64,000 nt of DNA from Chrysomallon squamiferum (Eukaryota; Animalia; Mollusca), in the NCBI GenBank assembly GCA_012295275.1, contig CM022672.1:14136001-14200000 (forward strand), read 5' to 3'. Each line of letters opens with the position of its first letter. The first letter of the stretch is position 1. The position numbers and the translations under genes were made by a program. Under the pieces are notes generated by a model. The model was not told where the DNA came from, did no database searches, and saw nothing but the letters and a program-made list of their open reading frames with translations. Shown in pieces: positions 55,009 to 64,000 of this stretch.

Positions 55009-55283
55009 CGTGCTAATCTGCAAGATTACTGTGATGATGATGATGCTAAATTCTTCAAAAAACATTCTTGAACATTTTGATTATAAATATAAAACACTAT
55101 ATACTAAACTGAACGACAATTACTTACAATTTCACCATCAATGACATTGACATAGAATTTGATATTCGGCGCTTTCACCAAATCTTTGTATTTTGAAGGG
55201 AGATAATCTGCTCCGCTGTATATATCTGCTATGGCCATTACGTCATCGTAATCGTCAATAGTGGCTTCTCTAAAGCTTTCCAT
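53312..55283 (-). CDS. NAT16: Histidine N-acetyltransferase / NAT16-like GNAT acetyltransferase, copy 2 (~310 aa)
   Basis: Coding exons 55283-55128, 54709-54476 (234 nt, same as copy 1) and 53854-53312. Motifs FREATIDDYDDVMAI..IYSGADYLPSKY, AGRVKEEFKGQGIYG, LFPDDRMIIDWVPY, YSIDVFG. Confidence 0.88.
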
Positions 55284-56777
55284 TACTATTTCTGTAGCGA
55301 ATCTACATTTATGTCTATATAAAAAAGTGAAATACAGAAACAAAAGGAAATTAAGCTAACTGCAGAAAGAAAAAGAAGAGAAAAAAAAAAGAACAACACT
55401 AAATGACGTGTGATACATAAAAAAATGATTCGAATATTAACATAATTAAATCAATAGTGATTATGATATTACTATCCATTTTTTTTTTTTTTTCGTTATT
55501 ATTTTTTTTTTTTTTTTTTTTTTTAATATTCAAATTAATGCCATAATCTCTTATTATTTTTTTTTTTTTTTCCATTTTAAAGTTTTTAATAATGCATGTA
55601 AATGTTTCATTCAAAGCGGTTTATATAATTATAATAATTACGCATTTTCAAAATGAAAATAACTAATTATCTATAAAGTTTACTTTGGTTGCAAATACTT
55701 TCTCTGATTATTTCTTATTATAAATACGGTTGTTGAAAGTTAAAGGTCCACTTTATTTATTTATTATCTACGTCAGCCAGTAAAAGAAGCCAAATTAAGA
55801 TCTTTTCAAAAATGTACCTTTCAGGTATTATCAGTTTTGAGTACATAAATAACAAAATAATGTATACATTTAAAACGTCGTCGTTGTTGTTGTGATCTTC
55901 ATATATATATATATATATATATATTACTTGTTTTTTGTGTTTTTACTGTTGTTGTTTTATTATTATTATTCATGATATAGACAGATGCTGCTGCTGTTTA
56001 TTTAAACAATTTTTAAAAATTTGAAATAAAAAATAATAATAACCTTTGCTCCTTTAACTACTTGTGCACACAAATCCATCCCTTGTTTGCACAGGTTTTA
56101 CTCAATATTTTCCAAAGATTTGTTTTTGTTTTATTTTGTTTTGTTTTACTGCTAATGCAGATCTATCTATCTATCTATAGATAGATAGATAGATAGATAG
56201 ATAGATCTGCATTATATATAGATATAGATACGGATATACCACTGCCTGCGTGTAAGGCAAATTTGAATGAGGGGAGGAAAAAAAGCACGCTTTTTATATA
56301 TCAGAAAGCAGAGTGATTTTTTTTTTTTTTTTTTTTTTTGTACTGGGTTCAGTTAAGCTAGATTAAAGAAAGGGCAGCCGCTTGTCAAATATACTAATTA
56401 TATTTAATTAGGTCAGAATAAAGAAAACGGCTTCGTTATACAGGAGTGGTCCTGAGTCCGGTGTGGTTATGGAGAATAGATTTAGGAAGATTGTAATAAG
56501 ATTTTATATTAGGAATGACTTCAAGACACCAGCACATAGAATTCCCCAGTAAAAATGTGTTCCACGGTACATGTATATTGCTAAGATTTCAAATGCATCT
56601 TTACTATGGAAATTATGATAGATATTTCAACGTGAGTAGGCAACAGTGCTCACCATTAGCCAGAAAAATGGAGTTGGCGGTTGTTGTTTTTTTAATTCTT
56701 ATATATATATATATATTGTTGTTGTTTTGTTTGTTTGTTTCTGTTGTTGTGTTTGTTGTTTTGTATTTTTTGTTGGG

Positions 56778-57231
56778 TTTTTAATTAAAATTAATATTGT
56801 TACATTCCCTCCCCACAGATTCATGTTAAGCAAAATTGAAAATCCAATCAGGTTTCAGAGAAATAATAGTTGAAGCTACTCCTGTTGCAGTGACTCCTGC
56901 CATAAGGAAGCTAGTTATGTTTTAATCAGATTTGTTTATAAAATAAAATAAGATAAAACGAAAACATGTACTTCCCAAAAATAGGTCGGCGCCACTCACT
57001 AGACTTTTTAATTAAAATTAATATTGTTACATTCCCTCCCCACAGATTCATGTTAAGCAAAAGTGAAAATCCAATCAGGTTTCAGAGAAATAATAGTTGA
57101 AGCTACTCCTGTTGCAGTGACTCCTGCCATAAGGAAGCTAGTTATGTTTTAATCAGATTTGTTTATAAAATAAAATAAGATAAAACGAAAACATGTACTT
57201 CCCAAAAATAGGTCGGCGCCACTCACTAGAC
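56778..57231. repeat. Near-perfect tandem duplication, 2 x 227 bp
   Basis: 56778-57004 and 57005-57231 are identical except one visible substitution (CAAAATTGAAA vs CAAAAGTGAAA). Confidence 0.95.
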
Positions 57232-58028
57232 TTATTTCGGTCAGAAAACACGTTTTCTTTTTATCGCGATAGTGTGTGTCTTGGTTAACGTTGGTAAAAT
57301 TGTATGATTTGATGTGTATGTTTTATGTAACATTATATGATCACTTTATATATAGTGATCATAAATATATATATATAATCGAAGTAAAATACTGAGAAAA
57401 ACCTCTGCTAATAAACGCAAGGGCTTGACCCGAACAGCAAGATTACCACACACTCGCATACACATATAGATGTTTACCCCAAATCGTTAATCTTTGTCAA
57501 CTCCTCCGGTATATTTTGTTTTTGTAATCCTTGTATTACAAAGCATATGTGTCGTTTTAAATGCTGAGTTTTCTTTAAGAGGCTTCCAACGCCGGACAAA
57601 CGCGTCATTTGTTCTAGGTCAGGACAAAATCATTATCAGTTATGTTCTTTTTATTTTCCTCCCAGACTGTTTGAGATCGATCATTTTGCTGTCAGTTCAG
57701 TACTATCTTATGCCACCCTATATTTTGTATGTATCTCTCAGTCTGTCTGTGTACATGTATACTGCATTAGTTATAAATAGTGGCAAGATAATTAGGATCA
57801 CTAGATGAATTTCATTATTTCAACAACAACAAAAAAAAAAAAAATAATAATAATTAATAAAACAATAAATAAGTTATTATAATAATAATAATAATAATAA
57901 AAACATTTTTTATTTTATAATAATAATAACTATTTTGTTTTAATGTTTGGTTTTTGTAGGCGAAAACTTAATCAATACGTATGAATCTACTATACTTGAG
58001 AGTTTTGTATTATTTGGAAGTGCAAGAC

Positions 58029-58059
<31 letters not shown>

Positions 58060-58438
58060 CGATCACTGTCTTAAGATAACAGCCTTATCCAACGATCACT
58101 GTCTTAAGATAACAGCTTTATCCTATTCTAATGGCGAATGCAGGACATTTTGCTTTGCAGGATAAAGCTGTTACCTTAAAACAGTAACCAGTTGTTCCCT
58201 TTTTGTCTCTGACACACCACACGCTACGAATACAATCAATATGTTTTTATTATTATTTGCAATTTTATTGTGCTTTAATTAAATGCAGATGACAAATTCA
58301 AATTACTGAGGTTATTTAATTTATGTAGAGACCCGCCTAGGACTTCATGATTTATTAGAAATATTATTTTTTTTTTTTTTTTTTTTTTTTTAAAGAAATA
58401 AAAATGGAATTAAACAAGAAGACAAAAAAATAATTATG

Positions 58439-59941
58439 TTATGATGTTCGAGGAATCGCGATCATTTTGAAAGGCTTAGGCTCGGCCGTGAATCCTGATG
58501 TTGGTTCTAGAGAGGGCAGCGGCTCGCCCTCTGGTACAACAAACTGGAAAGACTGGATTAAAGCTGTTATGAACAAGAACAGCTCGCAATGCGCGAGATG
58601 TTCGCCGAGGCAGGATCGAGGCCCCACGAAGAAAGGAATCAATTCTTCACGTTTGATCAGTCTCCCTTTCATGTCTAGAAACCTCTCCGGTCGAAATTCG
58701 TCAGGACTGTCCCAGATTTTAGGGTCCATCAGCACTGAGCTGATGTTCGGAAGAATGGTAACACCTTTTGGGATAATAAATTGACGGAATTTTTCTTCTG
58801 TGTCAACACTGCGCCATATGTTTATAGGTACTATATTTCCGCGGCGCTGTGTCTCCATGATGGTTGCCTGCATGTAAGGCAAATTAGTACGATCGGATAC
58901 ATACGGCAAACGCGAAAATCCAATCACACTGTAAACTTCGGAAAAGCATTTTTCTTGAACGTCGGGATTTCGCAGAAAGAAAATCAGAGCCCAACGAATT
59001 GTTGACGCTACAGTTTCGGTGGCGGCCGCTATCAGGTCGCCCATGCAGCTGATTAGGTTTCTCTCATTAAATATTGCTACATGTTTGTTTTCTACCCGAC
59101 ACATTTTTATTTGTTCCAGATAAGCATCGACGTAATCACTGATGTTGTCTTCTTCGTGCAACGTCTTATGCTGGTTAACAATATCCTGAAGAATATGTTT
59201 TTCCATTGTTTCGATATTTTTGGCGAATTTTCGCACTCCATACAAATTCCATGGCATGATTCGCAGTAAAGGTATAAAATCAGCCGCGGTGGTGGCTCCA
59301 GTCAGTTTGAAATTTTCATCCATACGTCTCATGTATTCTTTGAGGGCGGGATCGTTGTAGGAGTATCTTTTGCCAGTTACAATGTCGAAAATGATGTTTG
59401 TTACTGACCACTGTATGATTTCAGTGCAGTCGAACACTGAGTCACCTCTGCTTCTCAAATTCTCAATAAACAGTTCAATTTCGATTTTTATTTTATCTTC
59501 CATCAACGATCGTCCCATCCCGAGTTCTTTGAAAACTGTGGATGTATACTTTCTCTGTAGCTTCCACATCTGTCCAGACGCGCTCATTATTCCGCTATGT
59601 TGTCTCAATTCACTCATAACGTAATGGAAGGGTCTTTCAACAAACGAAGAGCCTTGTTTAACGAACATTTCTTTTATAGCGGCATAACCGCAAACAACAA
59701 TGACAAGTTTACTGCCTATATAAATACTGAACACATCTCCATATCGCCCTCGCATCGATTCAAATGCTTTCAATGGGTTGTTTCCAAGAGACAGTATATT
59801 TCCAATTATCGGTAATATCAACTGTGGTCCAGGTGGAATACCGTTTGGACGAGACAACCAGTAGAAGGCACCAGTAAATACCACAACCAAGACCAAAACA
59901 ATATCAAGGTGATTCAAAAGAAGTTCTGTCAAGAATGACAT
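58439..59941 (-). CDS. Cytochrome P450, clan 2 (CYP2-like), intronless, 500 aa
   Basis: N-terminal membrane anchor, PPGP hinge, WKLQR (WxxxR), I-helix DLIAAATETV, ETQR (ExxR), FRPERF, and heme motif PFFVGPRSCLG, all in one uninterrupted ORF. Confidence 0.96.
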   Translation of the reverse strand: MSFLTELLLNHLDIVLVLVVVFTGAFYWLSRPNGIPPGPQLILPIIGNILSLGNNPLKAFESMRGRYGDVFSIYIGSKLVIVVCGYAAIKEMFVKQGSSFVERPFHYVMSELRQHSGIMSASGQMWKLQRKYTSTVFKELGMGRSLMEDKIKIEIELFIENLRSRGDSVFDCTEIIQWSVTNIIFDIVTGKRYSYNDPALKEYMRRMDENFKLTGATTAADFIPLLRIMPWNLYGVRKFAKNIETMEKHILQDIVNQHKTLHEEDNISDYVDAYLEQIKMCRVENKHVAIFNERNLISCMGDLIAAATETVASTIRWALIFFLRNPDVQEKCFSEVYSVIGFSRLPYVSDRTNLPYMQATIMETQRRGNIVPINIWRSVDTEEKFRQFIIPKGVTILPNISSVLMDPKIWDSPDEFRPERFLDMKGRLIKREELIPFFVGPRSCLGEHLAHCELFLFITALIQSFQFVVPEGEPLPSLEPTSGFTAEPKPFKMIAIPRTS

Positions 59942-61152
59942 TTTCTAAATTAACACTGTTAATACTAATGTAGTAATACTATTTTTAGTTTGTTCTCTTA
60001 TAAAGTAACAGCGGTTTATACTGACGTAAATAGAACGTCATCAAAAGTTACGGTTGTCCTGTCTTAACTACCTATGAAGTACTTTTGGTATTCATATATG
60101 TCAAACATAATCATGTTCATTTCTACTTGTTCCATGCGACTCAGAAAATCCGCAAAAACTGGCCACATTAAAATAAACTAGTGGTGTAATAGTAAACACA
60201 ATAACAATATCAGCACATAATTAAAATGAATATGGTGTTCAATTATTTTATCCCAAAATAACGACAGAAGAAAAAATAGATCAAGTATACTCGGGTACCA
60301 TTATTTGGAAGAAATAAAGAAATTATATTTGGGTTGCAATTTTTGCTATATCTACATCATGTCCATTCCAATATCTTAACAAATAAATGCTGTTAAAACA
60401 TTAAAAAAAAAGTTTATCAAAGTACACCATAGCACTGGTTTCCGTTCAAGGGAGGTTACCGCGATATCGCGGAAAATACTTTTCTAGAGATAGCGCGTTC
60501 TAAATATAGCATCAGTGTGACCGTGTATAGCATCGTTTTGATTATCAACAACCAGACGAGTTGTATGCGTGTATGATAAGTACTAAGACTATTTATAAGA
60601 GTGGGGGCGTCAATGAAATTATACTCACTGTTACGTTATCACCAAACAGTAAAGCTATGAATACTTACCCAAAAGTTTTACATTTCTTCAAAATCATTCA
60701 TCGGCAAAACAACGAGTTGTCTGTCATCATATTTCTATTAATAAACATGTAAATGCTGCGATATCGTGAGCAAGGAGTAATATAATCGACAGTTCAGTGT
60801 CAAACAATTCAAAAGTTACGATACCGAAAACATGCCTAAAATCTACAGTAACAGACATACGCGCATAAAAAATAAAAAGCCCAAACTGTTTCACAGCGTA
60901 ATTTTCAGCTCATCAATTGAATATACCATGTAATGATGGGAATGTCTTGTATGCATAGACGTGTAATTTATGATGACCGGAAGAAACTGGATTTGTATTA
61001 TTTCTTTTTAATACTCAGAACATCCATTTGTTTTCTCAGCACTGTATTTCCTATTTTGAACATCATTACTGCTGGTTTTAAAGCGAATCTTACACTGTTT
61101 TCAACAAAACGTATGAATATATAAGCAACAAATATAAATAAAATAAAGTAAT

Positions 61153-61158
61153 TTTATT
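61153..61158 (-). promoter_or_regulatory. Candidate polyadenylation signal for THOC3
   Basis: AATAAA on the minus strand ~700 nt after the THOC3 stop, followed by T/GT-rich sequence. Confidence 0.35.
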
Positions 61159-61294
61159 AATCATATTCTAAAATTAACATTTTGCAAGTCAGCACCAAGA
61201 TTAAAAACTAATAAAGTCCAAACAGGATCTATCAGACTGCCTTTGGATTACAACACTGTTCAGTATGCCACATTCTACTATGACATGTAAAACT

Positions 61295-61675
61295 GCTGCC
61301 AAAATGAGTAATTCATCATCTGTGGTTTTAATGAACAAGTCATGTGATATGAGATATTATTAATTCATTTGTAAACTGCTGTATTAATGAACATATCTCG
61401 ATGTCAGAAGGAATAAATCAATTGTATAGTAACTAGTTTTAACAGCCATATCATGTATACGAATGAATAACTGATTTGTACTGTAATTACTGTTTTAATG
61501 TAAATGTTGTGATATTAGAATGAATAACTCATCTTAACAGTAACTAATGTTTTCATGAATACATGATATATCATGTGAAATCATTTGAATAGTACCATTT
61601 CAATGATAACATAATATGTCAAATGCTACCAAAATGAAAAACTCGTTTGTAGAGTAACTGCTGCTTTAATTAATA
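61295..61675. repeat. Old degenerate ~55-60 bp tandem repeat downstream of THOC3 stop
   Basis: Recurrent AATGAATAACTCATTTGTA-AGTAACT--TGTTTTAATGAACA-like units near 61300, 61360, 61410, 61462, 61519, 61577 and 61633. Confidence 0.6.
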
Positions 61676-61853
61676 TTTTCGATTGTTTCTAACCATACAA
61701 AAAAATACATTGTTCTCTTTCAGTCATCTGTCATTCATCTTCATTTTATCTTTGTGCACAATCACATAAACATGATGCCACATGTCATAATCTCTGTATT
61801 GTAATTTGTCATCAAACGCTTGTTAAAACTGCATTCTCTATCCAAAACGAGTT

Positions 61854-63803
61854 TCATGTGTCTGAAGGAAATCCATACACTTTGACAACTCCTGAGTCCC
61901 TGTCACGATCAAGTTTGTCATCACAGGCATAGGCCAACAGGTGGCGCTTTGGATGCCAGGCACATGTGAAAGATGATTCGTTGAGGATTTCAGTTATTTT
62001 ATCACCTGAATGAAAAAAAAAAATTGTACGAAATATTAAACAGGTAACCGGTTTTAAACTACAGCATGCAATTTATAATTTAATTAAATATTTAGAAGGA
62101 AAAACAGTTTTAAAACCAAAAATAATCTTGCGATGTGTCTGTTATTAAAATCACTAACAAACAGCCTAATAAATTAATCATGTACTTTAATGATGTTTTA
62201 CTAAGTTATGACTTTGCTAGACTTTGCTAGCAAAAATAAAACAGAAATTTCTTAATTGTGATATAAAATATTAATATTCCCAAATTTCTTTATGCATCAA
62301 ATTGTCAACAATGGACTAAATTCTGTGCTACTACATTTAATTTGTCTACAAAATAATAACAACAAAAACAGCTATAATATTTTTTATCAGGATTAGTGGT
62401 TAATACAAGAAGATAGAAGATGCATGAATTAATTTTTATTACCTGTTTCAACCTCTGATATATCTATGAATGTATCCTCTGATGCAGATGCCAACATTTT
62501 GCCATCGTAACTAAAACTGAGAGCTCTGACAGGCCAGTCAAGTCTGGAATTAAAAAAAAATATTATTGATAAGCTTTCTGTTTCAATCACATTAAATTTA
62601 AATTCCTTGATCGATTATCCTGTACACCAAAAAATGTCCACATATGCAAATTAAACTAACTTTATATATATTTTTCTGTCAATAGTTGTAACAGCATTTT
62701 AAAGGTATTTCATGTATAAATATTGTTTTTTCCCCCAGTAAACTGGCATAACAGTTCAGATGTATTTCACATAAAACTAACTTTATTTCAGTAAAACAGG
62801 TGTGGCATTACCTGGCAAATGTTCTCACACAGACAAGTTCTGTTGAGTCCCACAGTGAGACTAAAGCATCGGCACTTCCAGTAGCAAAGTACTTCCCTGT
62901 AGGATCAAACTTAATACAGATGCATGCAGCAGGATGTGCATTCAACACCAGTTGCGGTTTCAGTTCTGGATAGCTAGAAAATAATTATTAAGTTATCTTA
63001 TATTTTTTGAATTATGTCACTCTCGTAGCTGACAGAAATTACACTGGGTTGTCAGATAACTTCATTCATTTTTTTTTTTTTTTAAATTCAAGTAACACTG
63101 GAAAAAATTAACATATGTGTCTGACATTACTATGTTTCCAATTCTGGACAGATAGAAAAACAGTGTTTAAACTATCTTAATTAACATTCAGTAAATGCCA
63201 CTAGTGCTATAAATTTATGCCAGAGTTTACAGATACATGCCACATGATATCAATACGTTAATAAAATTATAAATAAAATCAATTTTGATTAGCCCTTATC
63301 TCATACTTTAAAATTCTATTATGTTTTGGGGGTGGTTTCTAGGAGAGAGTATATTCTTTTTAAATTATATTTGAAATATGATTTATTATATAATTATGCA
63401 AAAATGTATGTAAATTTGCATATAGTACTTCTCTTTGGATGGAAGCAATTTAATATTAACTAGATTCATGCCAGAGATATTTTCACATATTCAAAACTAT
63501 AAATTCTTTTTGATTTGTGTGGACTTTTTATCTTTTAACCAAATGAAATGAAAACTGAGGATTAAGACTTACTCCTTTTGTTTTTTAAATTTACATACCT
63601 GAGAATGTGAATGCTTCCTTGGCCACTTGTTAGAAAAAACAGATCTCCTTCATTGTTCCACGAGATTTCATTTACTTCTGATCTGAATTGTTCTTCCACT
63701 TTTGAACGATGTGTTCTGGCATCAATAAATGTCACCAGATCCACCTTATTGCCAACTGCTATGGTGCTGCCATCTGGTGACCAACATATATTGATGTTTT
63801 CAC
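61854..63803 (-). CDS. THOC3: THO complex subunit 3 (WD40), 3' four exons; 5' part not identified, probably beyond the window end
   Basis: Exons 63803-63599 (GENINICWSPDGSTIAVGNKVDLVTFIDAR..EVNEISWN), 62973-62812 (YPELKPQLVLNAHPAACICIKFDPTGKYFATGSADALVSLWD), 62543-62443 (LDWPVRALSFSYDGKMLASASED) and 62005-61854 (FTCAWHPKRHLLAYACDDKLDRDRDSGVVKVYGFPSDT*). Phases are consistent. Confidence 0.96.
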
Positions 63804-64000
63804 CTGTTTGAAAAAACATATTACATAATATTAACGAATTACAAAAGAACAGGAAACACTGATAAAAGTGTTCTGTCTTTATAAACTATATAATTGTTTT
63901 ATTTTATATATATATATATATATATATGTTATCAATACTGGATGTATGTAGAAACGAACCTTTTGTGTTTATGGTAGCTGCTGATTTGTTCAGTCGAGTG

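Noticed and set aside
58467-59815. Plus-strand ORFs overlapping the P450; likewise antisense ORFs over MGAT4C, NAT16-like, THOC3 and 24609-24914
   Set aside because: Antisense shadows of real coding exons with no independent motifs.

Overview
AT-rich, microsatellite-dense animal genomic DNA with spliceosomal GT-AG introns. The gene and repeat content looks molluscan or lophotrochozoan, which is an inference. Positions ~1-33 kb are a decaying tandem array on the minus strand of small four-EF-hand calcium-binding genes whose loop spacing resembles molluscan IMSP5-like shell-matrix proteins. One copy looks intact (14376-15521, 123 aa), two near-complete copies are damaged, and there are many orphan exons. 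Each repeat unit also carries conserved exon-like blocks that the EF-hand model does not explain. The array is interrupted by two LINE relics, a 39-bp minisatellite and a MULE relic, and a pogo/Tc2-like element follows. The right half holds ordinary genes: a 4-exon MGAT4C-like glycosyltransferase (+), two tandem NAT16/histidine N-acetyltransferase-like genes (-), an intronless clan-2 cytochrome P450 (-), and the last four exons of THOC3 (-). All gene models were spliced by hand and no database search was run.
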